A DNA stretch of 64,000 nt from Minutocellus sp. GHC0000111 (GCA_977018835.1 OZ361257.1:5208001-5272000); one strand, 5' to 3'. Counted from the first letter of the stretch, positions 37,745 through 50,738 are shown. Notes: a model not told the origin generated them from the sequence alone. Program-made: numbers and translations.

Positions 37745-40700
37745 TTAAGCATCACTCTCCTCGCTCTCGTCGTCGTCACTCTCCCCAACAGCAACGCTGA
37801 GAGGGATGGAGTATTCTTGATCGCAACCCAGATAACTATCACTCATGCAGAACAAAGTCAGATCATAGTCACCGGCTTCCTCAGGCGCAAGGAATTCCAG
37901 CATAACCTGTTTCAATACCAAGACTTTCTACTTTGTTGTCGACATTGCGACGGACATGCGTAACTTGTATACCTCGAGTTGGCTTTTGTTGCCGACCAGC
38001 GGCAAAGTAATTGGAACGCATGTGCATTTCCTCGTGAGTGGTCTGTAGACTTATCCGCTTCAGAGAGAGCAATGAATTTGTTTTAGTGTCAACAACAACA
38101 ATCCACCACCCTTCACGTTTTTCCTTTGGGAATAGCGGAGCAGATACAACACCAAGTTGCATTACTTCTTCATCATCCATCTCCTCTTCTTCGATCTCGC
38201 GCTCAAGCTTCACAACCATTGTCACGGGGTCGCCAGCTGCCACATCATCCGCGTCTTGAATCTCAAAGGAAACGTCGACGTTGGGATAATTGTTGCAAAA
38301 GACGGCCACGTCTGCCAATTAGTCGGAGCAAATCGTTGCGAACATCGTCGTCCAAAGTCAAGATGTCGAATACGGATTCTATTGGCTCTTCACCTTCGTA
38401 TGCGTCGCATCGATCGATAATGTCCTTGGTGAAGTGAGGTATCTGCTTCAGGACGTGATCCTTGTTCCATAGGCCCTGTACAACCATCTGGCTCAATTCC
38501 ATTGCCGCCAAGGCCGGCTTGAGCCAGCCATTACTACTGATGACATCGACAATTGCCTGAATGAGGGGCACGCTCTCGCCGATGATGGTCCTTTGGTCGT
38601 TCCGCAAGTCAGCAGACAGGGCCATTCTGCTGAAGTGGCACTGCAAAAGGACAAGAGCCTTCGTATTGGAATCATGAAACTGAGCCGACTGCGGCAGCTT
38701 ATGGGTAAGGCTTCTGGCCAAAACACGGAGTGCCTTCTCCTCCCCATGGCGAATGGGAAGAGACGCAAACTCCGAGGCAGCGGAAAGGATCTCCATGACG
38801 CCTCGGATTTTAGTCTTTGCTGTGACAGACGAGGCAACAAGCTCGATGGTGGTGTACTGAATGTAGTAATTTGCGGCAATCATACCCAGATTGAGAGGAG
38901 TGACGTCACCATCGTCTGTCATTTGGCAGCATTTGCTCTCCTCGAGGTCGCCAAGGACGGTCTCCACCATTTCGCTCAAGTGCTCGCTTAGATGAACGTT
39001 TGACGTGCCTTGAAGGTTGTAGTAATTGGGATTCTTTGCAAGGCGCCTGTAGAGAAAGGTCCATGTGACATAGTCCACACCATCCTGCATGCTACCAATA
39101 GTCTTGGTAACGATTTCAGAGTTGAAATTATCGTGAAGATAGTGGTCGAGGTGACTCTCAATCGGCAGGGGATCGTACAGTAACTTCTTTAGCTGCTCCT
39201 TCTTGGGGGTGTGACAAAAGATTGCGCAGGTTCCGCTGGAATCTTGGTCCTGCCGACTTGCTTTGCCAATCATATGGATCAGATCTGTTATGGGATAGTC
39301 AACATAGCGCCTCTCTCGACCGTCGTAGGTCTCTGTACCCATTATGATGACCATGTGGGCGCGTTCTTGCACCTTCCAGCATAGGTCCGACGGACAGACG
39401 AGGACCTGGACCACTCCATCGCGATAGAGCTGCATTATGCGCTCCAAGTCGGCATCGACCATACCGCTGTGGACGAAAGCAACACCCGCATTAACAACCT
39501 GCTGGAGTGCCGGCTCTTTGAGCTTCTCTGCGAGTATCGCAACGTCTTGGACTCCGACGCCGTCACCGAGGAAACTTCCATCGTCAAGGCTCTCGCGATA
39601 CGTCATGAGATCAATAGCGGTGAGCTGAGCCTGTCGGCGGCTGGGGACGAAGACCAAAGCAGGCTTTCTGGCCGAGTGGCGCATGATGGCATTATAAACT
39701 GGCTTTCCCATTGCCATGAGACGGCCAGAAAAGCTACTTTGGTCAAAGGACTGGAAGTAAATCTCGATTGGCAGCGGGCGGACCTTCGGCGAAAAGTTGA
39801 AAAGACTCTTCAGGGACACTCCCATCCACTCTCCGACCTCTCTACCATTGGCAAGGGGTGCGCTCAAACCAACGATGCGGAGCTGAGCCGAATCTCTTCC
39901 CCGCTGCAACTTCTGGCTACTGATGTAGCGCATGCGAGAGATGATGACCTCCATCACTGGGCCTGCATCACCACCAAGGAAGTGCAGGTCGTCGACCACG
40001 AAGAGAGAGACAGCCTGAACCGCCTTGCGCTGTCGCCAACGGCGGCTGAGGGCATCCCATTGCTTCGCAGTGCAGATAACAATTTTGGCTTCGGCTAGTA
40101 GACGAAGATCTGGCGCGGTCTCGCCTGTGAGGAGAACAACTTGGCCCGCCTTGAGAATAGACCCGAATCGACCGTTCCAGTCAGCAAAGACTCCTTCGGC
40201 AATTTCCGTCCTCGGGGCAACGTAAACACACTTTCCGCTTGGGTCTGTCACAAGCATTCGTAGTATGGCAAACTCAGCGCAAATAGTCTTTCCCGATCCA
40301 GAGGCGGCGCAGACCAGGGTATTGCGATCCGTCTTGAAAAGCTCGTGGAAGGTTTGCGTCTGGATTGGGTTAAATTCCGACACTCCATCAAAGAGCTTGA
40401 CGAGGGCAGGCTCACCCAGAGCCGTCGGCGGCAGGGGCTGAAGATCCAGAAGCTCGGTCGGCGGCGGAAACTTCGGCGGAAGGATCAGTGCGTTGAACGA
40501 CACTGGAAGCACTGACTCCGAGTGCAACCACCGATCAGACGTAACGCGAATGAAATATGACGGAGGGAGAGGATCCATGATAGCAACTGTGAAAACAACA
40601 GAGTGTTCATCCTCCGCCTCGGAGCTTTTCAGCGAGAACATCTCGTGGTACAAAATGTTCTCTCCGTTCGCATCTTCAACAAGAATGTGGAAAAGCTGAA

Positions 40701-43700
40701 CATACCCGTGTACCTTAACGTCGTACTGAAAATCAGGAAGGAGCGTCAGTTCAACGCGAAGCATTGACCTTGTGATCGGTTGGATCAGAGCCGACAGTTC
40801 AAGCTTTGGGAATTGATGTACAAGTTGTGGAGGGTTCGACCCATCTTGGGGACACCAACCAGCTCGCCGAGATCAGAAGGGGTGAGGTCCGCATAGCGAG
40901 ACCATTCGATGTCGCTCTTGCGCTCCAACTTCCTCGCAACAATCTCCGGCACATTCGCAAACTGCCGCAGCGGCGTTTGGCTGCGCCATATTCTATGAGA
41001 TACCATGTTTGAGAACGCCAAAGTGAGCTTCGTAAGGCCAGCCCAATTTCGCCTAAGGGCGATCTCGAAAAGCGCTCGCATGATCCGCGCTGCCGATTGC
41101 TGTATAAAGGCCATGTCAGACACCAACGCGAAGCCATCAAGCTTGAGCCTGCTGATGTAGGCTTGCAGGAGTATGTTGATCTTGGCTGATGGCTCGCTCG
41201 GACTCTCCTTCACTGGGATCGGGACCTTGGCAGCGAGCTTGGCGAGCTCGAGCTTCTCTTCTTCTCGGACCGTGATGTGAGCGAACTCTCCACTGAGAGA
41301 AAAAAGGCGGAGGAGCTCAATATCTGACATGTTGGAACGAAGATGACGACTATACAGGGCCATGGACGTATGCGAAATGTAGTACTGGCTTGATATCCGC
41401 CCAAGAGGGGTTGCCTGTAGAGCGCCACTCCTCCGATCGTAACGGATGAGATGACTCTTCTCCAGCATACAGGCTGCCGTGTGAGCCAAGTCAAGTCGGC
41501 GCTGCTTGAGTGTAGGGTCCTCCTTCAAGGTTTTCGACGGATCAAGAATGCCATACAGAGAGGGGTTTTGAAGCATGCGAATGTATAAGAAGGAGTAGCT
41601 CAGCCAGTCCACAGCCTCAGCGATCGTTTGGACGGCTCCTAAGACCACTTCTGCATTAAGGTGATTGGGAAGTGTTTTTATCAGTTGACTCTCAACTGGC
41701 AGCTGAAGATTTGTCAAAGAAAGGTAATACTGGAGCTCGCAATGCGCTGTGATAATGATGCCTTCGCCCTCTGAGTCATACTGTGGCCTACCGGCGCGGC
41801 CCAACATTTGCAGAACATCGAGGGGACTAAGCTCGGCCCACCCCGCCCCTTGCTCGGATCGTAGATCTGAGTACCCTTGATGATGACTGCATGTGCTGGA
41901 AGATTCACACCCCACGCCAAAGTTGCAGTTGTGCAAAGCACAGCAATGTGACCGTCAGCGAATAGGTCCTCTACAAGTTCACGATCGGTTCTAGCCATAC
42001 CGGCATGATGAATCGCCATGCCGTACGTCAGAACGTCCTTGAGATCGGCGTTCTTGACAGCGTCCACTTCCTCACGAAGAATTTCTTGCGTAGCCCCTCC
42101 CTCGCGAACGAAGTTGGAGAGCTCGTCGTGCTCCAAAGCTAGGTCTCTCAAAGCCTTCGCAGTCTTCCCCGTTTCTGCCCGACTGTGGACAAAGATGAGC
42201 ATTTGATTCCCATTCCGACGCTGGACCAAAGCCTTCTCGTAGCATATTTCATTCTGAAGCTGAAAGCGCTTGAAGGCGTTTCGCTCGGTGATTCCGATGT
42301 ATTGCATCTGAAGGGGCTGGGCGGTAAGAATGATCAAAGAAAAACAAGCCTCTCTCAGGTTTCACACGGAGGAAGGTGGCAACGTCGGTGTAATTTGGTA
42401 GTGTGGCGGAAAGTCCAACTAGCCGAACAGGTTCCGCCGTCGTCTCGATCTGACGAATGACCCGCGACACAATCGACTCCAATACCGGGCCACGATCATC
42501 ATGCAATAGATGAATCTCATCGATAATTACCAACCGAACCAGCTGCGTGCAGGCCCGCCCTTCCCCCTGTCTCGTAACAATATCCCACTTCTCCGGGGTT
42601 GTGACCAACATCTGAGTTTCAGCGATTTGCTGCCGCGTCAAACTAGAATCACCCGATAGCTCCCGAACAGATACACCGTACGATGCCAGTCGCTTGGAGA
42701 AATTCTTCACCACCTCTTGTACAAGGGCCTTCATGGGGGCAACGTAAACAATTTTGAAAGATTGTAGATCGTACATGTCTGTTTGACTACTTCCGTCATC
42801 AACGTCCATAGCATCGTCACTGTCACTGTCATGAGCACCAGAGGGCTTACTCTTCCGGTATTGACCAAGAATGTTGAGGATTGTCATCATGGCAACATTT
42901 GTCTTGCCAGCACCCGTAGGAGCACAAAGAAGAATGTTCTCCGACGTTTTTAGAGCAGTGTCGGCCATCTTCGACTGGATCCGATTAAGCTTTTCCATGC
43001 CCTTGAAAGCACTATGGGTCCATTTGGGGAGCTCCGCTATGGGTATAAGCCTCTCATCGGCAGGGATGATACTCTTAACTGCTGGGACATGAACCTCTTC
43101 GTATCCTTTCTTCATGGCTCTCCATGACTTATCGGGAAGATCACACTTTTTGTTGGACATGGTCCTTGCTCCATCTCGAAAGGCGAGGGAGTCCAAGTCC
43201 AGCTCGATTGGTCCCTCACTTTCCCTGACGTCAAAGTCCATCGAATCACCTTCTGCACCAGCTAACTTGGACCCAGCCGGGGTGCCTGTGATCTCGACAT
43301 CCTTCACTCCGACTGATTTTACCACTCCCCTCATACGATCTCGGGACCAGTCACTGGCAGTCCCAGCAGAAGTGTGCAAGTCCTCCCATACGAGTTTGCC
43401 TTCTCCACTTTCTTCCTGACGTAACATGGTCTCGACCTCATCCCTCTCGGCATCATTTCTGGAGCGCTTCAGTGAAACACACCCCCAAATCCTCACTCGA
43501 TTATTGAGTATCAACTTGATAGAGTCGAACAAATCGAATCCCAGTAAAACTAAGAGACGATTTTCACATTCTCGCAAGTCGTATCCGGTCCGAGGATCCA
43601 AGAGACCCAAGACTTCGTCGGCAGCCTTGGCGCAAGCATTGGCATCGCCATCGAAGCCCGCGGACAAGCGCCTCTGCAAGAAGTGTGCATCGATCTCATG

Positions 43701-44902
43701 AACTGACAATATCCGTCCGTGCTTGAGCAAAGCCGATCGACCTTTACCCGAAGAAAGCATCTTTCCACCCTGAATCACCTTATTTCTTCTCCACCCGAGT
43801 CCAACCCGCCACTGTCTTCGCCCGGTGGTACCGGTCCCTCTACGGACGATTCCTCCTCAGAGGAAGAATTGGCGACGTCTACAACCTCGTCATCGTCCGC
43901 ATCGGATCCGTCTGACCCAGCAGCGCGGTCTCCATCCTCGTCCTCGTCACTTTCATCGAAGACAACGGCGACGCCCATTTCATCGTCCATATCGCCGCCA
44001 CTCTCTCCACCGGTGCCGCCATTTGACATACGAGTTTCCCTGGTGACATAATCGTCATAGTCATCGAGGCCCTTTCCCAGAGCAACAAACTTGGAATAAG
44101 CTTCGCTGGAAAATGCACCACCGGAGGACCGGCCGGTGAGTACCCGCGATATGGCACTTTGCCGATCTGGATCGCGGAGCGACTGATCCCTGAGGGTGGA
44201 AATAATTTCCTCTGCGGCATCCCGCAGGATGGCTGGGGGTTGGTTTCCAAGATAGGATTTGGACCCGATGATATTCTGGGGATGAGCGGTTGGGTTGTTG
44301 AAGGGGTAGAGGAAAATTGGAATGAAGACAAAAGAAAGGAGAAAGGATGGTGTTAGAAACAACCGCGAAACCCTGCAAGTTGTAGTACTCACGATAGCTG
44401 CCTAGGTGGGGTACTAGCCAGAAAGAAGGCGGAAATAATATGCAGAAGACAAACTTACCAACAAGGCTTCGCAATTCGTCATTGCTCCGATGGTGGTGGG
44501 GCGGTAGCCCGATATCTCCCCCATGTCTAGGATGCCGCCGCCCCCACCGGACCACTCGACTCCAGCCCTCCGACTGCGCTTCATCTTTCCTGCCTCACCA
44601 GCTACTGCACCCGCCGGTGTTGCTCCTGATGCCTTTTCCCTCTTCATCCGCTTCCGGTTGGCACGTTCGCGTATCTCCTCCATTTCCTTGTTGGTGGCGA
44701 CGTCGGCGGCATCAGCACCACCCCTCTTTCCACCAGATAGGGCATCGCCCATTCGACCGATGTCCGTCCGACCCCTCAAGGTCTCAACCTCGCCAGTGCC
44801 GTCCCCTCCGCGTGATCGACGAGCAGACCTGTCGGCCTGAGTCACCATGTTTGACATGGCCGAATAGGCGTACTGCCGGTTCAACTCTTCCCGCTCCGCC
44901 AT
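37745..44902 (-). pseudogene. BRR2: U5 snRNP 200-kDa helicase Brr2, multiply disrupted
   Basis: [30 protein letters not shown], second helicase cassette, MSDSYLGCDQEY C-terminus. Intron 44276-44458. Frame breaks near 43778, 42318, 41845, 40822 and 38320, plus about 130 extra bp at 37913-38042. Confidence 0.9.
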
Positions 44903-45283
44903 GATGACCTTTCGACTTTTTAATTTCCGCTTGGTCTCCGCCTTTTACTACTATGCTTGATTGCTTATGCCGAGTACGCGAGCGTAAAGAAATGTATCCC
45001 GGGGGGGGCGTGGGGCGCGGGGGGCGGAGTGGCGGAGTGCCGGTCGGTTGGCGACGGCCAGACGAAATAAATACCGATTCAATCCCGGGCGGCATCCACG
45101 GCAGGCACACGGCCGGCTAGCTTCTAGCAGATCTACCTAGCTGGTACTTAGATCTATTGTACACATACATGTACATGTAACAGCTGGGATAGTGGGCCTG
45201 CTTGGTTCCTCCCTTGCTTGGTTGAGCTTTGCTCCCAGCAGGATGGTCTGTTCGTCGTTGGTAGATCTACATGTAGATCTCTA

Positions 45284-45794
45284 CCCTGCCTACCTACTAC
45301 CATTGTCGTCATCATCATAGAAAACCTATGCCGCCATAGATTTGAGGTCTGGTGAAGGTATAGGTTTTGCCCCAAGGCTAAAATGAAGGTATAGATTTTC
45401 TAATTGGCATAGATTTTCCACTAGAGCTACATGTGCAGGTGGAGTTTTTAACTGCTTGCACTGGCAGGCACATAGCATGAACTCTACGCATCATACTACT
45501 ACGCATGAATCTCTGCTCATCTTCACTCACTTCCTCGAGATCTGCTCCTTCGCATTTGTGCAGTTCAATGGCCTCCTCCACTTCCTCACATTTAAGATCT
45601 TCTATGGATCCACGCTTCCCGTCTACATGCTCAACAAATTCTTCATCGTAGAGAGCAGCAGACAACTGCACCAATTGCATGGGGCATACATGTAGGTTTA
45701 GGTTCCCCCCGGAATGAGAGCATAGGTTTCGAGCCAGCTCAAAATGAGGGTATAGGTTTCCAAAACGGTCATAGGTTTTCTATGACAATTAGGG
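45284..45794. mobile_element. TA-flanked element with CCCT...AGGG termini, nested in the left TIR of the foldback element
   Basis: tcatagaaaacctatg ... cataggttttctatgacaattaggg|ta; repeated tgagggtataggttt-like motif; host sequence resumes after 45796. Confidence 0.75.
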
Positions 45795-46127
45795 TAGTTC
45801 GCTGGGATTTGACCGTTGTTCTTTGTCTATAGATCTAGCTGATGCTAGCAACGATCACCTAACTCGCCTACTAGTGACATTCTTTGCTGATTTGTAATAG
45901 ATCTACATGTAGATCTATAATTACTTATAATAAAGACCCTGATTTATTTAATATTTTTCGCTCGGAAGAGCTCGCAAAAATATTACGAAGGACGTTATTA
46001 ATGTAACCGAGGTCCCGAGGGCGCAAATTACGAAGTAATTTGCCCGAGGGCGGTTACATGTCATTAGTAGGCGAGAGTTAGGATTCGTTCCAACGATCAC
46101 CTAACTCGCCTACATGTACTACATGTA

Positions 46128-46330
46128 GGAAGGGTGGTATTCCCCAGGTGATAAATCGCCGCCCCAGGTGACAATTTGGTTGATTCGACTTTTGATTCAG
46201 GATTTTCATGGGAAGTTTTGCACTCTCTGTGCCAGTGTAAAAAAATATCAAAACCGAATCAACCAAAAACCGAATCAACCAAATTATCACCAGGAACGAC
46301 AAATTATCACGTGGGGAGTACCACCCTTCC
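46128..46330. mobile_element. 203-bp MITE with GGAAGGGTGGTAYTCCCCA TIRs, TA TSD
   Basis: ta|ggaagggtggtattccccaggtgataa ... ttatcacgtggggagtaccacccttcc|ta; splits the host motif. Confidence 0.9.
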
Positions 46331-47276
46331 TAATGACATTCTTTGCTGATGATTTGTAATATATAGATCTATATAGATCTAGATCTAGACTCTAATTACA
46401 TGTATGACAATTTTCTACATAGACGTTTACAGGATCGACATAATCAGTCAATGAGAAGTGAAGAAAGTAGAACCAACAAAGCCAACCGCAAATAATTACT
46501 CATAGATCTAGGGCCGTTCAGGTCCACTTCTGAAGCCTCTAAACTGCTCGTAGTAACCATATTCTCGACTCGAATGACGAGCCGAGAATCCGTCACTCTA
46601 GATAGATCTATCAGAGCATCTGCCAGTAATATGTACACGTAGCCTAGTAGCTAGATCTACCGGTACCGGTACAGAGCTCTACATGTACGGCTGTACGCCC
46701 CCCTGAGCACTGCTGCTGCTTCTTTTTTGCGATGTGCACTGGCATGTACATGTACAGCAGCTGTACGCCAACAGCAGTGCAAACGTTTATCATCGAATTG
46801 TCATCTTGAAGAGATAGGATCAAAGGCTTAAACTTCTTGAGGACATACAGGATCATTTCACACAAGTGCATTGCATGGTCGGTCCTTGTTTTTGTTTGAG
46901 ACTCTCTCTCTAGAGTCTAGAGTCTAGATTAGAAGATCAGATCTATACCGGTATTATTATAAAATAATGTATACTAGTGTTTGGCCCGTCATCGCCTTGC
47001 TCGGACAGATCAGAGATAGAAGGGAATCTACATTTCACTGGGCTCCACTGCCTTGCGGCGCTCCGCCAGAGCTCGCTTACGCTCGCTGCTGAATGAGTGA
47101 TCAGCCCTACATGTATAAAAAAAAAATTGGTGTTGACACCGAATGAGATACAGCATCACAATCACAAATATAATAAGTGTGCATAAGGCTGCTGATTTCG
47201 GGCGCGGACGTAGAGACAGACAAGACAGCCGACACTTTTATAATTGTTAAAATAAAATAATATATATATTTCAAAT

Positions 47277-47448
47277 AGAGTGATTCGGGAGCATATTTTT
47301 GAGCTGTTCAACTGTTCGAAAAACTGTGTTATTTTGGCTGATCACAATAATTTTTCATGCGATCACACCGCGAAGAGCAGCTCACGATTGAGAAATCGAA
47401 CAGTAAAACAGTTGAACAGTTTTGAACACCATTTTTCCCGAATCACTC
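47277..47448. mobile_element. Small MITE with GAGTGATTCGGGA TIRs
   Basis: gagtgattcgggag ... tcccgaatcactc; TSD not resolved. Confidence 0.75.
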
Positions 47449-47494
47449 TGATCAGCAAAGAATGTCACTACATGTAGATCTATATGTACATGTA

Positions 47495-47864
47495 GAGTAA
47501 ATGGCCATTTAAGATACTGCAGATTGAAATCTGAATTATTCTTTTGATCCGTTCGTAGTGTGAACACTTTCTGTGCATTTTTGGACAGCTGAGGAAATGC
47601 TGATTCGAGGAAAAATTGTCCGGTAAAATTATTCGATGCCTACCATGAGATATCGGGGATTTTGTCTGGAGCTCAAATCTGCCACGATCATCGATGAGTG
47701 GCAAATTAAGATACTGCTAGTAAAACCGCTAACATGACACCAGCGCCCTTATTCATAGTGACCAATATCCCTATTACTTGTTACTAGTAGTTACTATGGG
47801 AGGATGCCTTGGCAATAAGCAGCATCTTAAATTTATGAGTATCTTAAAAAATTGCCATCTACTC
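47495..47864. mobile_element. TA-flanked MITE with GAGTA(A/G)ATGGC termini
   Basis: ta|gagtaaatggccatttaagatact ... agtatcttaaaaaattgccatctactc|ta. Confidence 0.85.
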
Positions 47865-48650
47865 TAGCTAGATCTATATGTAGATCTACATGTACATGTA
47901 GTAGGCGAGTTATATACATGTAATAACTAACTCGCCTACTAGTGACATTCTTTGCTGATTTGTAATATGTAATATTATTATATATTACAAATCAGCAAAG
48001 AATGTCATTAGTAGGCGAGTTACATGTAGGTGATCGTTGCTACAAAGACCAACGGTCAAATCCCAGCGAACTACCAACGACGAACAGACCATCCCGCTGG
48101 GAGCAAAGCTCAACCAAGATATTACATATATTATATAATCAGCATATTAGATCTAGATCTACATAGAGATAGATCTAGATCTACTACACAGATGTGCCAG
48201 GATGAAAAATCATTCTACATGTACATGGATGAAAATACTGTTAGTAGATGTCTATGATAATGCATTAATAGACTAAGTCTCTCCGCCGTTCTAGAATTAG
48301 ATGTACACGTAATTATCGGTAATTGGAGAAAAGAATGAATGACCGACCGACCATCCCATCCGAGCTCCATCCATTTGAAGTCACAAGTAAAACAATTCTG
48401 CACCATCCTTTCAATAATTCATCTTTGTCAAGGAGAGTTGATCTGATCGACTCGCAATCCTGCCTAAAGTGCAGCACATGCGCCATGGTAAGAATCATAA
48501 AGAATCGTACAGAATCACCAATCTATCCTTCTCCCTTCTTTCAGGACCAGTCCCTGAGAGCCCAAAGTCTACAAGCCCAGAGTAAATTCAATTCACAAAG
48601 CATACAATACATAAGGTCCTGCCAATTGCTTTCGATTTTTTTCGTCGTAT

Positions 48651-49293
48651 TTAACGGGATCTCTCGTCCTTGGCTTCCGGGGCAGGCACAGTCATGAAGC
48701 ACTTGGCAAGAAATTCGTTCTCCTCCTGCCGGGCCTGCTGGGAGGCAACCTTTCTCATCATCTTCTTCCGGCTGGTGCGTCCCCGTTTCGAAAATTTGCG
48801 CATGTTCTCGCGATTTCTCTGACGCTTCTCCTTCTTAGCGTTGACGCGACACGTCTCGAGTTCGGTGGCGGAAGAGACTGCAGACCGGCCGAGGAAGGGA
48901 GCAGGGGCAAAGGCCTACGAGTACATGAATTGCGTGAGCGAGCAGATGCAAAACTGTCGTGAGTATCAAATGAACATGCAACAGACAAAGCAAAGCACTA
49001 TGTTCCCTCTGCAGTCCAACAACAACAGGTGCCACATTCTCATTCATTCTCAACGAGAACGTCCTTGCTCCACCAGACAAGTCCAAAGCCCTCCCAAGCC
49101 CTCTGTTGCACCGATATCAAAGTCCGTTGGTCGTGTCGGCTCCTTCGTGCGTCAGTCGGTACACAAAATGGAGCGCGTCATTTCCCCAAAGTCGAAGGCC
49201 AGTGTTAATCAAAGAAGCCCGGTTAAGGCAACTTACCTCTGTGCAGACGGCCGCGAGGGCGAGGGCGAGAAGGGCGGCGATGAAGGAACGCAT
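48651..49293 (-). CDS. Small basic plastid-targeted protein (106 aa, 2 exons), not in the ORF track
   Basis: MRSFIAALLALALAAVCTE, intron 48915-49236 (GTAAGT...TAG), then AFAPAPFLGRSAVSSATELETCRVNAKKEKRQRNRENMRKF...ERSR-stop. Confidence 0.85.
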
Positions 49294-49420
49294 CTTGCAG
49301 TATCGTGGGCGATGGACATGCATGGTGGCTGACCTGGTGAGCTGGTGAGGGGAAAGGATCCCTATAGGTTGAATCGTGGTCTTGAAGTCTTGGCGCGTGC
49401 GTGTTTTTGGCCGACGTCCC

Positions 49421-50738
49421 GCCCTGACTTTTGCGTCCTCCTCCTCGGCATTTGCTCCTTCGTAAGGTGCGTACGTAGCTAGCTACTAGCCTACGTGTAG
49501 TCTAGCAAGAGATGATGTACAAGCTGGTAACGGATATCTCCTGCTGCATGTCCTCTTTGATCATGGTGTCCACTGAATTCTCACCGATATTTCTTCTTCA
49601 ATAATGTAATCAACCATGTCGTGTATTTGGTTGTTTACTGGGTAATTGTGTTTCCTTGCCTCTACATTTGTGTTGACACGTAAATGGTTGTGTGTATTTG
49701 GTGAAACATGCCATTTACGCAGCCGTTGGCCGCACCTCCTTCCGTGCCTCACCCGCCGTCTACCAGCAGCCAAAGACTGCTTCTGCAGCTCGTAGCAGCA
49801 CCAGCCTTTCCATGGGTGCCAATATCGACCTAAAGGGAAAGGTCGCCTTCATTGCCGGCGTTGCTGATTCCACTGGATACGGTTGGGCCATTGCCCGGGC
49901 TCTCGCTGATGCTGGCGCCACCGTCATTGTTGGCACCTGGCCTCCTGTTCTTAAGATCTTTCAGATGGGCCTGAAGAAAGGTCAATTTGACGACGATTCT
50001 ACCCTCTCGGATGGCTCGAAGATGGAGATTGCCAAGGTGTATCCTCTGGATGCTGTTTTTGACACCCCCGAGGATGTTCCCGACGAGATCAAGGAGAACA
50101 AGAGATATGCCGGCCTCGACGGATATACCATCAGTGAGGTTGCCAAGGCCGTCGAGGCGGATTACGGGAAGATTGACATTTTGGTACACTCTCTCGCAAA
50201 CGGACCCGAGGTTACCAAGCCTCTCCTGGAGACCTCGCGCAAGGGATATCTCGCCGCCTCATCCGCCTCGGCCTACTCTCTCGTTTCGCTTGTCCAGAAG
50301 TTTGCGCCCATCATGAATGAGGGAGGTTCCGTCCTCTCTCTCACCTACATTGCCTCCGAGAAGGTGATCCCTGGATATGGCGGTGGTATGTCCTCCGCAA
50401 AGGCCCAGCTCGAGTCGGACACCCGCACTCTCGCTTACGAGGCCGGCCGAAAGCACGGCATTCGCGTTAACACTATTAGTGCAGGCCCTCTCAAATCCCG
50501 TGCCGCCTCCGCCATTGGCAAGGAGCCTGGACAAAAGACCTTCATCGAGTATGCCATTGATTACTCAAATGCTAACGCTCCTCTTGGACAGGACCTTTAC
50601 AACGACGACGTTGGTAATGTTGGTCTCTTCCTCTGCTCGCCGATGGCCCGCTGTGTCTCCGGCGTCACGATGTACGTTGATAATGGCCTTCACGCTATGG
50701 GCATGGCCCTTGACAGTGAATCCATGAAAACGGAGTAA
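49421..50738 (+). CDS. fabI: Enoyl-ACP reductase FabI/ENR, plastid type; catalytic exon intact, leader exon damaged
   Basis: [42 protein letters not shown]. Upstream fragment [14 protein letters not shown] at about 49421-49463 is followed by TAA and a GTGCGT donor; acceptor near 49722; no in-frame ATG found. Confidence 0.9.

Larger units (their letters stand above)
45217..48118. mobile_element. Foldback-like element with long (about 130 bp) TIRs and internally reiterated motif, hosting several nested MITEs
   Basis: cttggttgagctttgctcccagc... at 45217 (split by an insert) is the reverse complement of about 47985-48118; motif aactcgcctactagtgacattctttgctgatttgtaata recurs in both orientations. 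Confidence 0.78.

Noticed and set aside
37745..44902. Programmed frameshifting or an alternative genetic code explaining broken Brr2, transposase and SOS1 frames
   Set aside because: Breaks are scattered and often at homopolymers; they include larger indels; TAA, TAG and TGA behave as ordinary stops elsewhere in the window.
46972..47110. Possible Helitron/Helentron end (actagtgtttggcccgt plus GC hairpin)
   Set aside because: Single copy here and no second end or Rep/Hel sequence found.
45217..48118. CRISPR-like array (recurring motif of about 37 bp)
   Set aside because: Copies alternate in orientation with irregular spacing, there are no cas genes, and the context is a eukaryotic transposon.
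48841..49332. 163-aa plus-strand ORF
   Set aside because: Antisense to a better supported spliced gene with a signal peptide and AFAP motif.
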